A stretch of DNA of 64,000 nucleotides. Source: Octopus vulgaris. Lineage: Eukaryota. The stretch covers positions 7,130,001 through 7,194,000 of the forward strand of contig OX597832.1 of the NCBI GenBank assembly GCA_951406725.2, written 5' to 3'. The translations under genes and the position numbers were made by a program. Below, in pieces: positions 11,063 to 23,959 of the stretch. Under the pieces are notes generated by a model. The model was not told the origin of the DNA. It made no database searches and saw nothing but the letters and a program-made list of their open reading frames with translations. Numbering within the stretch: position 1 is the first letter of the stretch; every line of letters begins with the position of its first letter.

Positions 11063-13835
11063 TAAATCAAAGGAAATTACTACTATTCTCTTCAAACTTT
11101 GCTTTTGTGACCTGGACATCAATGTTTTGAAACTGACTTATTTTCCATTACATTTCAAGCAGATTCAGTGCTGAATTGTTGAAGCAGAAATATTGTAGAA
11201 AATATTCTGCTCAATACCACAGATTTGTTTGTCAGTTGCTTGAGCTTAACCACTTGAGCATGTCCCTTAGTGGTTAACATCATGAGCATCTCTGATCATG
11301 AGCAGGTGTTGTTGGGATGCATCACAACCATGTGTTGAGAGGGATTCTTTGAGGTTTGAGTAAATGTAACAAAAGCAAAGTTTGAAGGAAATATTAACCA
11401 CTTTTCATACATTCTAGGAGTAAGCAAATAGGAAATAACAGTTGCTACCCAAGGACAAAAACCGTGTTATACAGTGTAATTCAACAAAACAGAAATGTAC
11501 AACAACTATAATAAACAACACACACACACACAATAATCTTTTAATTGCACCCTAAAATATCCTGTAAGACAAACTGATTGCTCCTCAGTACTAAAACAAA
11601 ACTGCTGAGACCACCATCTGAAGTTTGACAAAGTGAAAGGGACTCATTGTAATCAAAGATTGTCTATTTCTAAAAAAAAGATATTTATCTTTACAAAAGC
11701 AATCAATAAAAAAAATGGAGACAGAAAAAAACAGAAAAATAAATCAGGAAAAAAATAGTCAAACTAGAAGTATGCACGCTGTCTCTCAATAATAAATTGC
11801 ATCATATGAAACAGATTTTCCTCCTTAACAGTTTTCAAGATATCCTAAAATACTCGTGGCATCAACATGGATGATAGCATGACTGAGGTACAGGAACCAC
11901 CATGTTCCCTGAGCATCATTTGCTAAGTCAGTAAGGAGGGGTCTCTAAAGAAGTAGTTCAGTACCACACAAAAACCATAGGTTGTTTGTACTTTATTTCA
12001 TTCAAATATGGCTGCAGTAACCTTCCACTCATGTGATGTATAGGGGAGCAAATGAGTTGTTTGTAGCAAAACCTAGAATTGAAACCTTACAGCTTTAGCA
12101 GCTAGGTCTAGACCACACTTAAATATGGCAACGTGTCCTGAATATCAAACAATCAACTTGCTGGAATATCATCCCATATTCGAGAATGTTCTATTTTGTT
12201 CCAGTAGTTACCATGTTTTTGGAGTTATATAAGCAATAATGCAAGAGAATAAGCAAAGAGGTTTGAGTAGATTCCAGAGCAGATAGCTGAACATTGGATT
12301 CTTGGTCCTTATGTGACCTATGTTTTAAAAAATTACTTTGTTAGCACTGCACTTCTCCAAGTACATATTATGAACACAGTATCCTCACAACACATCTATA
12401 ACTAACCAATTCTTAATCATGAACTCAGAAGAGAGCGGCACATTGACAAACAACTCTATATTGACAAATTTTCTTTGGCTGAAACTCAGACCTGAGTTAA
12501 TAGCATTCTTCGATTTTGATGGTCAAAACATTATTCCTGTCTCTTGTGAATCTCTTCTGTTAGCAATGTAATTACAAACTACAGTCTTTTCTAGCACACC
12601 ACTTTACATTACTAACAAGCCACAATAAAAAATGTAAATATTGTAATAAACTTTGATAAAAATAAATGTTATATCAACAATGTTCAGAGTTTGTCTATTA
12701 AAGGACAACATACAGATAAACTTAATACCAATTAATAAAGACACATTTAACCAGGCAGACATACTAATAATGGTATCCCTAAACAAAGCATCTGCTTCAA
12801 GCTATAGGGTGAAAAAATTGATTTCATTGGATCTCTTCATATCATCCCAGGACAATTCCACTGACTGCAGTGTTAAGGAGCATTTACCCTGGCTAGGGCT
12901 AGTCTAACAATGAAAAGATATTTTAAACCACTAATTAAAATAAGCAATCATAATTTCAAACTACTGTTCTTTATGCATTTCACAACAAACTAATGCAGTG
13001 TTATATTGTTAGTGTACAAACTAACATCTTCAATTTCATGTATTTCATAAAAAATAAAAATTTACTCCACCTATTCAGTATACCCAGATTAATTTACCTA
13101 TGTAATATATTCCCCAACATGTGTCCTCAAGTTTAGAACTACAATTTTGCTGTTCTAGCTTACTACTACTTTTATTTTATTTGGTGACCCACAAAAATTT
13201 TTTTTTCATTAGTTTCAAATTGAAATGTCTATTTAGGTCAGCAGTTAATCGGTAGACAGTGTGATTTCTCTGGGAGAGTATGACTGCATCAGATTGTTGA
13301 CAATTTGTTATTAAGACAGAACATAACTTTGACTAATGTTGTTGTTTGTCAAATTATTTCCATGGTTTCAAAAGAACCTTTTATTTGACATTTTGATATA
13401 AGGATTTTCCATTGGTACTTTGTCACCTGTTATTTTTGCATGTGTGTGTGTGTGTGTGTGTTTTTTTTTTTTCGATTTTGTCAACGATCTTCAGCTTGGC
13501 TGAGCTTTATATTTCTGGTTGATTTCAGTGACTACTATCTGCTACATGGATGAATTCATCCTTGAAATTTGTCTATCCGTCTATTTATATACCTATTTAA
13601 CACAAATCTAAATCATAATCCAGTAGCAATATATTTTGCAAGCCAAAATAAAGTAATAATTAATTCAAGGGTTTTCACTAACAATGAACTAGATCAACAC
13701 TTACATTTTTGTCATTCAGAAGGTAGGGGACTTTTATGCATGTTCTGTGTGTGTATGTTGGTGGGTGGGTGTGCATGTGTGTGTATCTTCTGTATTTAAT
13801 CATTTAAATTCTTCCTCTGATGAAGAAGCTGATTT

Positions 13836-14119
13836 TTAACAAACATACAAAACTTTTTCATTGGAATGTAGATAATGAAAATGATGTCGCATTTTCAACT
13901 TGAGAAAAGTCTTGCATGGTTTTACTGTTTCACTTATAGATTGTATTTGTAATGTGCAAATCAGTTTATTAATTACTTTTTCTGAAAATCCAACCTTATC
14001 CAGACTGATAGTTGGGCATTCACTTACAAAACCAAGGGCTCCAATTATTATTGGTATAAATGTAAATTTGTAATATGGATATAGAAGCTGGATGTTTTGA
14101 AGCAATTGTCCATAATTAT
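13836..14119 (-). mobile_element. 3' coding end of an REL-type non-LTR retrotransposon
   Basis: LLYPYYKFTFIPIIIGALG motif. 14043-14119 is identical to 8563-8639. Confidence 0.75.
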
Positions 14120-14217
14120 GCAGGAAAACATAACAGTCATTGATGCATGAAATGAGATTTATGAATAGTTTTTCTTGATTTCTAAATTTGTTTCACCACA
14201 CATGCTCTTGAAGATAT

Positions 14218-14760
14218 CATCATCATCATCATCATCATCGTTTAATGTCCGCTTTCCATGCTAGCATGTGTTGGACAATGTGACTGAAGGCTTGTGAACC
14301 AGATGGCTGCACCAGGCTCCAATCTGATCTGGCAGAGTTTCTACAGCTGGATGCCCTTCCTAATGCCAACCACTCCGAGAGTGTAGTGGGTGCTTTTATG
14401 TGCCACCGGCATGGGGGCCAGTCAGGCATTACTGGCAACGACCTCGCTCGAATGTTTTAACACATGCCACCGGCACAAGTGCCAGTAAGGCGACGCTGGT
14501 AACAATCATGCTTGAATGGTGCCTTTTACGTGCCACAGGCATGGAAGCCGGTTAGCCACTCTGTCAACGATCACACTCGTATGGTGCTCTTAGCACCCTA
14601 CTAGCATGGGGCACAAGTGCCAGTAAGGCAACACTGGTAACAATCACATTCGAATGGTGCCTTTTATGTGCCACTGGCATGGAAGCCAGGTAGTCACTCT
14701 GTCAACGATCATACTCATATGGTGCTCTTTGCACCCCGCTAGCACAGATGCCAGTCATCG
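14218..14760 (-). mobile_element. RTE LINE 3' UTR or derived element with internal tandem repeats and (GAT)n tail
   Basis: Family tail CATGGAAAGCGGACGTTAAACGATGATGATG and repeated GGCACGTAAAAAGCACC-like units. Other copies at about 18576-18955(-), 36060-36270(-), 40560-40790(+), 41030-41600(-), 42370-42960(+), 47180-47432(+) and 62640-62870(+). Joined to RTE coding sequence at 27030-27420. Confidence 0.75.
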
Positions 14761-16233
14761 AATTTGATTTTGAATTTGATATGATGTAATTAAATCCTCA
14801 CTAATCATATTGTTGCTGAGGTTTCTTCTTGGCCAACATCCATTGTCTGTTTGTTGTCTGTTTATGGATGCTGTCATCATTTGGATCCACAAAACTGAGT
14901 GAATGGTTGACAACTTCATGAGTATAGAAGTTGCTAATACTCTCATAAGAAACTCACTCATGGGATATTGATTGTACAACTGAGTTTCTTGAAATGGTAA
15001 AATTAATTTGCAATTCAGTGATGTTTAATAATTTTAGGTGGAATTTTTTTCTTAATCATGACCCTCACGATATAACATTGTTATTGTCTTCTTAAAAGAT
15101 CTTTTAATGTTTTAACTTTTAAGCATGAATATTCATGACAAAAGTGAATGTGATGTTCTAAACTTAATAATCACCAAGCAGTTTTCAGAAAGATTTTCGA
15201 GCAAAAAGATCCAAAACAAACGACAGCTAAATAATATATAGTCAACAATGAGACACAGAAAGCATGTTCTGTAATGAAAGTAATATGACTAGTAAAAGTT
15301 TTTGTATTGTATTTTAAAACTTTCTTACTACTTGACACTGACCTAACTGATAAAATCTTTATATTCTCTCTCCCACTGCAAAGACAAGAGGCCAGTGTTT
15401 ATTTATTTATTTATTTTGCAAAATTCATTTCTTTGTTTTTTACAGATAATTATTTTCTTCCTTTTCCACTCAGCTACAAATTGCTACAACCTGAAAACCA
15501 AGCATAAGTATGATAGTGCAAGAAACTGGCAAAGATTATGTTAGAGATAGAGAAATACTCAGTCTATCTGGCTTGATATCTCAGTAAAATTTTTAATATT
15601 TTTCAATGGAGAAACAATTGTAATTTTTAAAGTTTATCCTGATTTAAATTAAAGACTAAGTCGAGGAAAGTGTTCACCATACCTACTTAATAGTATCTGG
15701 CTACCCGTGAGTAGGGCAATAGGAGACAAATACTGTTGCTTTGGACCATGGAAACTATGCAAAAGCTCATTTTATGATAGAATGCTGAAAAGTTCCTGGC
15801 TTTGGATAAAAATAAAATAAGTGGATCATTAAATTATGATTTTATTCAACATATTCCTCTCTCGGATTCATACACTTATTGCCATGGTCCTTCAGTTTTC
15901 CTAAGCCCTGTAAAAGAACTCGGAAAGTTGGGCCACCAACCAGGCCTTTCGTGTTACTTTACAGCCAAGAACTTTTCAGCCCCACTCATATATATCTTTG
16001 TGTATGTGTGTTACTTATGTATGTATTTGGTTGGTAAATAGGTAAAAAGAATGCAGTGAACTTGTGAGGAGTGGAAAATCCAATGTTTTGGAGAGAGTCC
16101 TTCTTCAAGGGGAAAGTTGAAAGGAGAGAAATTATTGAGAAACAGCAGAGTTTTACATCCTCAAAGTTAAGAATAGTACCTGTAACTTAGAGGATGTAAA
16201 TTTCTGCTGTCTCTCATTAATTTTAGGTATTAA

Positions 16234-16291
<58 letters not shown>

Positions 16292-16401
16292 GTAATAATA
16301 ATAATGAAATAATTTAAAAAGTATTTTAACACATCTACTACATAATATAAATCATGCCTTTGTAGACCAACACCAGCTCTTTTAGAGTTTGTTTGATCAT
16401 A

Positions 16402-16461
<60 letters not shown>

Positions 16462-16479
16462 CATATATATATATGTAAT

Positions 16480-16516
<37 letters not shown>

Positions 16517-16819
16517 TTATATACACATATATATATATATATAAGAAAATAGAGAAAATTAAATTGATGATTAATTATTAACTACAAAATTGGACATCAT
16601 CTCTGAAAGTTATTTCAATTCAAGATTTTAGAAATTAATTAGTATAATTAAAAACATTTTAAAGTTGAATCTCATCAGAGGTGGAAAAAGATATACCCTT
16701 TCATTTTCATATTATTGTGTACTGAGTGTAGGGAGCAAATTCACTACATATCGTCCGTAAACATAAATCTGAAAAAAGAAACACACTCTACATTATAGAG
16801 CAGCATATATCAAAGTTAG

Positions 16820-17190
16820 ATAAGACTGGTTTATAGGATTACCTTAGGCTTTATGTCCATAAAGGGCTTGGTTTTATGGCATATCATCAGATCCCAAAAC
16901 CTGTTGGCTAGAATATGGAGGAGAAAATGACCTCATTACTCGATGTCAACTAAGAGGATTATCTCACTTTGGCTATCGATCACTGGTGGCCCTGTTATCC
17001 TGTGGGTTCCAGTCGGGTGCCAGGAATTTCCTGAAATGTAAGCATGGCCTGAAGACCTCTGTTTTGGAGTTCAGGATGTTCCCTGTGTTGAGGAGGTCCT
17101 TTAGAATCCTTGCCTGTTCCGCTATGCATAATTTACAGTGGTTGGTCCTGTTAATGTAGGGGCCTGGATTTTCTAGGATTCTCCATGATA
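16820..17190 (-). mobile_element. Penelope-like element 3' fragment (GIY-YIG endonuclease C-terminus plus pLTR with degenerate hammerhead)
   Basis: Reverse complement of 17005-17190 translates to SWRILENPGPYINRTNHCKLCIAEQARIL...ILNSKTEVFRPCLHFRKFL, matching the PLE W-IL..Y..C.LC..E..LN...E...C.H pattern. Downstream is ggat CTGATGA tatgccataaa..tttatggacat aaag cctaaggta atcc at 16836-16895. Confidence 0.7.
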
Positions 17191-17204
17191 TGGTGTGTGT
17201 GTAT

Positions 17205-17259
<55 letters not shown>

Positions 17260-17689
17260 GTAATTGTTCAGTTTGGTTGGATTAAAAAAGTAAATAAAAA
17301 TTAAGGAGGAGATAAGTAGTAAAAGAAGCAAAAGGATGAATCAATCTTAGAGGAATCATGGACTATCATTCAGTTAGGAAAGGCTGGAGACAACATTCTT
17401 CAGTGGTTGGCATGGCATCGGCTAATTATGAATTGTAATTCACCATGTGGCCTTACTATATGTGGTGATGTTACTGATGGAAAATTATGGAACTGCAAGA
17501 GTTGCAAAAGGAGCAAATCTGTTTGTTGCCATTCATTTTTTGAGAGACATCATATTTCGCCAGTGTTAATATTGTGTAAGAAGTAATGTGTAAAATGTTG
17601 GCTTATCTCCCCCTTAATTTTTATTTACTTTTTTACTTTTTACATACATACATATGGGTAATTGTTCAGTTTGGTTAGATTTAAAAAGT

Positions 17690-17902
17690 GTGACTGCATG
17701 TGTACCGTTGGCGATTTTTTTTTTCCTCTGTCTTCCCTTCTCTGGATCTTTCCTATTCCTATGTTTCTGATGAAGAGCTCCGCTCGAAACGTAAAACCCT
17801 CCTTCTTCCCTTCCTTCCTGAGCATCCAGTAATACTATATTTGTTCCACGTCCTCGCGTTGTTGTGTTTTTTCTTTGTGTTTTCATGTTTGGATTAACTT
17901 TA
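17690..17902 (+). mobile_element. Short hammerhead-bearing pLTR-like element abutting (TA)n
   Basis: Non-coding segment of about 210 bp with a canonical hammerhead core. The boundaries are approximate. Confidence 0.6.
17763..17797 (+). ncRNA. Minimal type I hammerhead ribozyme
   Basis: gttt CTGATGA a gagc-tcc-gctc GAAA c g TA aaac: intact core, 4-bp stem I, 4-bp stem II, loopless palindromic stem III and a GUA cleavage triplet. Confidence 0.8.
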
Positions 17903-19113
17903 TATATATACATATATATATATATTTATACACACATACATACACACATACATAGAATAGATTCATATATAGTACATATATATTTACACATGCATGCACA
18001 CACACACACACACGCACACTCACATATACACATATTATGTCTGTGTCTGTGTCCTTATGCAAATGTGTATGACTTGTGATTTCTCTGCTTTTTGCATGAA
18101 ACCCTCTAAGTTAAGATGTGGTAGTGTCATGTTTACATTCTCATGGTCCTGCTTTATTCAGTGATATCCTGAAGGAAATTAAAGTTGAAAATGACCCCCA
18201 CAGCATTCAAATGGTGCCCGAAAAAATTTCTCCAAGAAATACCAGACAATCCACCAACACCTGGATACATCTCACCCAACAACAACTCTTGGCTTGAGTG
18301 GTTCGTGGTATCCTAAAAGATCTTTCCAGGTGGTGCTATTAAGTTAGTCATACCCTGAGCTGATAATGGCTGAAACCAATCTATGTTATTTAAGTTATAG
18401 CTTTGAGCTCTCAAAGTATTGTGGTGCACCTGAGCACTGTATACAATAATTTCATTATTATATATAAAAAAAACCCTCATTTATAAGACAGATAAAATTT
18501 GGTGACAGGAGGGGTGTCTGGCCATAAAATTCGACTTCAAATAAATACTCATTTCACTGATACAAGCATAGAAAATCATCATCATCATCATCGTTTTGCG
18601 TCTGCTTTCCATGCTGGCATGGGTTGAACGGTGCAACTGGGGTCTGGGAAGCCAGAAGGCTGCCCCAGGCCCAGTCTGATCTGGCAATATTTCTACGGCT
18701 GGATGCCCTTCCTAACATCAACCACTCCATGAGTGTAGTGGGTGCTTTTTACGTGCCAACGGCACAGGGGCCAGTGAGGCTGGCAAATGGCCACAATCGG
18801 ATGGTGCTTTTTACGTGCCACCGGCACGGAGGCCAGGCGAGGCTGGCAACAGCCACGATCAGATAGTGCTTTTTACATGCCACTGGCACGGAAGCCAGTC
18901 GGGGCGGCGCTGGCAACAGCCACGTTTGGATGGTTCTCTTATGTGCCACCACCACATGAAATACAACTGGTTGTTTTGTGCCTTTTAATGTAGTTCTCTG
19001 CATGCTTACCCTAGTTTTCTTTCTTTTGTTGTAATAGAGAAGTGTCATAAAATTGAGTAGTTATATAATATTCATTTTTTTATATATATATTTTTTTAAT
19101 ATTGCAGATAAAT

Positions 19114-19984
19114 ATGGTTTTAACCGAAGATTATTGTCAAAATTGTGGTAAGGTAAAAACTTTTATTTACCAATGTTCTCAGTGCAAAGCTGTTTCATAT
19201 TGTTCTAAAAAATGTGAAAGAATGCACAAAAGGGAACATGAAAAAGTATGCTCTACCTCACAAACCACTCAAAATCAAAGACTGAACCCATCATTTGATG
19301 AATTTACAGAACCAAAAGTAACCAGTTTCAATAAACACACCAAGCCTACTAAGATGCATATAAATGAGAGTGATGAAGCAGAAAACTTTTGCCAGACATG
19401 TTACAGAACTAATGTTGCTCTGCGTGGATGTTCTAAGTGCAAATCAGTATTCTACTGCTCAACAAAGTGTCAGAAAATTGACTGGCCAATGCATCGAAAC
19501 AATTGTAAGGCTCCAAAAACAAATACTGAAGAGAACAGTGAGAAACAGACTGGTCATGAGTATAGTGGTGAGGGAAGCTCTGCAAAGGGGCCGGTAAAGG
19601 AAAACTGTGTAAGTGTAGATGATGAGGAAAGAGGTAGGATAGACAATAAAGTGAACAACAAGAATAAAAATAGACAAAATAAAGAGCAAATAAAAAGCAA
19701 TTGTGACAACATGGAGAAAGAGGAAACCAGTAGTAAAGTGGACATGAATGAAATCAGCCAGAAGGAGAGTGACACAGAAGCTAGCAAGGACAATAATGAG
19801 ATTATGAACTGCGAGGGAAAAAATGGTGAGATAGACAGTGAGAAAGATGTCAGTGAGAAGGATCCCAGTGAGAAGGATATCAATCAAAAGGAAACCAGGC
19901 AGATGAACATCAAATCTGATCTTAAGGAAACTGGAACAATAAACGGAGAGGAAACTAATGCAGGAACAAGTCTAAAATTTACTA
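19114..19984 (+). CDS. Triple-MYND zinc finger protein, coding exon 1 (MYND1, MYND2, acidic low-complexity linker)
   Basis: Acceptor ttgcag at 19107, ATG at 19114, two CxxC..CxxC..YCSxxC..HxxxC fingers, and donor A|gtaagc at 19985 (phase 1). Confidence 0.88.
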
Positions 19985-20324
19985 GTAAGCATCTTTTTTT
20001 AATTCTTTTGAATACTTAAGATTTTTATTATAATGTAAGCGAAGTGGAGATAATCCAATGAATAATCTAGGTACAGGTATGGTATTATGGTTAAGGAACT
20101 TGCTTTGCAACCGCATGGCTTCAAGTTCAGCACCCACCTTGAGCATGTGTCTTGTACTATAGCCCTATGGCCAAACAATGCCTTGTGAGTGAATTTAGTT
20201 GATGGAAACTGTGAAAAGTCCCATTGAATACACACACACACACACACACACACATTTATATATTTGTGTATATATATATGTGTGTGTGTGCATGCATGTT
20301 TGTACACACATACATATAACTATC

Positions 20325-20595
20325 GTTATTATTATTGTTATTATCATTACTATTATTATTATTATTATTATCATTATTATCATTATTATTATTATCATTA
20401 TTATCAGTAGAAGTAATAGTAGTAGTAGATAATTATAGTTATTGTTATTATTATTACTATTATTATTATTATTATTATTATTATGAGTAGTAGCAGTGGT
20501 AGTAGCAGCAGCAGTAGTGGTAGCAGTAGTAGTAGTAGTAGTAGTAGTAGCAGTAGCAGCAGCAGCAGCAGCAGTAGCAGCAGCAGCAGTAGTAA
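20325..20595. repeat. Compound trinucleotide microsatellite (ATT/ATC/GTA/GCA)
   Basis: Read directly from the sequence. Confidence 0.9.
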
Positions 20596-21097
20596 GGCAG
20601 CAAGCTGGTAGAACCATTAGCATGCCGGGCAAAATGTTTAGTGGCATTTCATCCATCCTTATGTTCTGAATCCAAATTCCTATTTTTCATTTTTTTAATT
20701 TTTTTATTGCCCACAAGGGGCTAAACATAGAGGAGACAAACAAGGACAGACAAAGGTATTAAGTCGATTACATCGACCCCAGTGCGTAACTGGTACTTAA
20801 TTTATCGACCCCGAAAGGATGAAAGGCAAAGTCGACCTCGGCGGAATTTGAACTCAGAATGTAGCGACAGACGAAATACTGATAAGCATTTCGCCTGGCA
20901 TGTTAACAATTCTGCCAGCTCACCACCTTGTGAGTTCAAATCCCGCTGAGGTCAACTTTGCCTTTAGAGATGAAGAAAATAAGTATCAGCTAAGTACTAG
21001 AGTCAATGTAATCAGCTTAGTCCCTCCCTCAAAATTGCTGGCTTCGTGCCAAAATGCGAAACCATTATCATCATCATCATCATCATCATTATAATTA

Positions 21098-21146
<49 letters not shown>

Positions 21147-21410
21147 CTCTCTAACACAGGTTTTGTTGGAGCTCCTGGAGTCTTGCATGCGTAGTGGGCT
21201 TACTACCCACAGCCTACAATAACATGCTATTCTTTCTTTTCACCTATCTAATACTTTGCTGATTATTCTGGCTGTGTCAAGGAGGCAAACTTTTTGTAAC
21301 ATTTATATTCCTCTTGATGCCTTCTGATACTGACTCCAAGGACCCAACAATAATTGGCACCACCTTCACCTTCATTTTCCATAACTGGACTAATTTGTAC
21401 TTAAGATGTT
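21147..21410 (-). mobile_element. 5'-truncated R4/Dong-type LINE 3' end in a (TAA)n tract
   Basis: Reverse complement translates to LKYKLVQLWKMKVKVVPIIVGSL...LQKVCLLDTARIISKVL*, then a short 3' UTR running into (TAA)n. Confidence 0.75.
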
Positions 21411-21415
21411 TGTAT

Positions 21416-21446
<31 letters not shown>

Positions 21447-21490
21447 CACCACCACCACTTCTACTACTACTACTACCACCACCACCACTT

Positions 21491-21541
<51 letters not shown>

Positions 21542-21753
21542 ATAATAATAATAATAATAATAATAATATTTTATTGGATTGAGGTAACTCCTCCAGTAGG
21601 TGTACAGAAGCGAAAGAAGAAGAGTGTCATTGTTATCAAGTGAATGATATTTCGGCATCTAGTGTGCCTTCCACAGGTTCAAAAAATAAACTTCTACTTC
21701 ATTTTTACATTATTTACTTTTGACGGATATTTGTCCTCATCTTGTTTGTTGTT

Positions 21754-21799
21754 AACACAATATTTCGGCTGATATACCCTCCAGCCTTCATCAGGTGTC
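21754..21799 (-). ncRNA. Minimal type I hammerhead ribozyme
   Basis: Reverse complement reads gacac CTGATGA a ggctg-gagggtatat-cagcc GAAA ta TT gtgtt. Confidence 0.7.
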
Positions 21800-21862
21800 T
21801 TGGGGAGATTTTGAACCTGGGTTCTCATTCCTTAGGTATTTTTCGATGTTATTATTATTATT

Positions 21863-21906
<44 letters not shown>

Positions 21907-22070
21907 TATTATTATTATTATTATTGTTATTCAGGTCACTGCCTGGAATTGAACTTGGAATCTTGAGGTTAGTAGAGTTGTTATTCAGTGACCTGAACAA
22001 CAACAACAACAACAATAATAACATCGAAAAATACCTTAGGAATGAGAACCCAGGTTTGAAACTTCACCAT

Positions 22071-22115
22071 GACACCTGATGAAGGCTGGAGGGTATATCA
22101 GCTGAAACGTTGTCT
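22071..22115 (+). ncRNA. Minimal type I hammerhead ribozyme (mirror copy)
   Basis: gacac CTGATGA a ggctg-gagggtatat-cagct GAAA cg TT gtc. Stem I is partly eroded. Confidence 0.65.
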
Positions 22116-23959
22116 TAACAACAAACAAGATGAGGACAAATATCTGTCAAATGTAAATAATGTAAAAATGAAATAGAAGTTTATTTTTTGAACCTGTGGC
22201 AGACACACTAGATGCCGAAATATCTTTCACTTGATAACACTGACACTCTTCTTTCTTTCGCTTCTATGAGACTGAAAAATATATTTAAATCATCATGGCA
22301 TAAGTATTATACAATAGTATACAAAATAACATTTTTTTTTGCTTCTAATAAAATGACTGATTTCTCTGAAGCTTTTCAAATTCTGAGAAATTTTGTTTAT
22401 TAGTGGTGATAATTGGTAACCAAGGTATTTTTCAGTGGTTACCAATTATACCTCACTAACATTGCCTCACCCAATGAGGCAATGTCAGTGGGGGATAATT
22501 TTCTTATGGCCAATTATATGTCACATTTTCAAGAGCATGAGCTATGAACAATATCAAAGTAAGAGTTATGACACTCAATCGGGATCACAAACAAGACCAA
22601 AAATGTGTTGTGACACACACACAAAATATTGTCTACCATGAAGTACTGTGAGGAAGACCACCACACCAGCCAGCTCCTTCATTACACATCCACATTACAC
22701 CTTCAAGACCCAAGAACCAGTCAGGAGCCCGCTGGATCTTCCTCGCAGTGGCCTCCTCTCCCACCATACCAGCGAACCACAAAATCACACCAGCCAGCAT
22801 CACCACCACCTCCGTAGTCTGCAGCAACAGCAACTCAGTCTAATAATGTTCAACCCCTAATGCAGGATACGTCACTGCCTTCTTTGGGAGGCACCCCCAA
22901 TTCAGCACAGTCAATTACAAACAATACTCAATCTGGTTAGCAGGACAGGAAAACCCACAGAGGGAGTGGAACTCAATGACTACAGGTGGTACCAGTTAGA
23001 AACAAAAAGTCTAATTGTTCAAACCTCCCAGACTACAGATGGTACCAATTAATAAAAAAAAACCCTCAGAACTCACACCTCCTGGGGATGTAGAAGTGAG
23101 CATTGTGCAATGTGCATGTAAAATGTTAAATTTTAAAAATATCAAATTATATTGTATAAAAATTTATGATTATTATTAGTATAACACAAAAATAAAAAAA
23201 ATTATTCCATTCTTAAATATGGTCACTATTTAAAGATGCTTACATTTTTGGTATTTCATACAATTTCCCATGGTCCTGCTTAAGTATAATTATTTGAGAG
23301 TTATTAAATGAAGTCTCAATTTACAGATGCTTACAGTTTTTATGTTTCCCGTGAAGTTTTCATGGGTCCAGCTTGTATATATAAATATAAGATCCGAGGA
23401 TCAAGCTGTAGGAAGAAAGTTAGCTTCAAGCAATCTGTCTCTTAAACTTTTCTCCCTTATTTACCCTCTCTGCCACTATATATTAAACCACATTTATGGC
23501 GGCGAGTTGGCAGAAACGTTAGCACGTCGGGCGAAATGCGTAGCCGTATCTCGTCTGCCGTTACTTTCTGAGTTCAAATTCCGCCGAGGTCGACTTTGCC
23601 TTTCATCCTTTCGGGGTCGATAAATTAAGTACCAGTTACACACTGGGAGGTCGATGTAATCGACTTAATCCGTTTGTCTGTCCTTGTTTGTCCCCTTGTG
23701 GGTAGTAAAGAAATATATATATTAAACCACCAATATATTCCCACTAATTTCACTTAAATTACTTATTGTCATTTATATATTTCTGTCGCAATCTTTCCTT
23801 ACCATTTATAAAAAAATCTTTTTCTCTTATTTCACCTGCCTCTCCCTCCTACCCCCGTTGGTAAACTTACAAGTACATCTGCCCACATACATCTCTACTA
23901 CTTTATACTGTAAACACACTCATAGCACACAACAATATACATTCCTTAATCGTCTCGTG

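Larger units (their letters stand above)
21606..22266. mobile_element. ~660 bp fold-back element with hammerhead motifs in both arms
   Basis: Arms at 21606-21941 and 21986-22266 are reverse complements with a 44-nt spacer. The inner part is homologous to 57936-58213. Confidence 0.85.

Noticed and set aside
13815-13850. CTGATGA motifs at about 13817(+), 16672(-), 31135(+) and 46466(+) as hammerheads
   Set aside because: They lack a convincing stem II-GAAA-NUH-stem I arrangement, and isolated 7-mers are expected by chance.
14400-14760. Regularly spaced repeats (also 42560-42800 and 27118-27184) as a CRISPR array
   Set aside because: The context is eukaryotic, the units are degenerate tandem repeats inside RTE 3' regions, and there are no unique spacers or cas genes.
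19459-19887. Antisense ORFs over the MYND exon
   Set aside because: They are shadow frames of a purine-rich coding exon.
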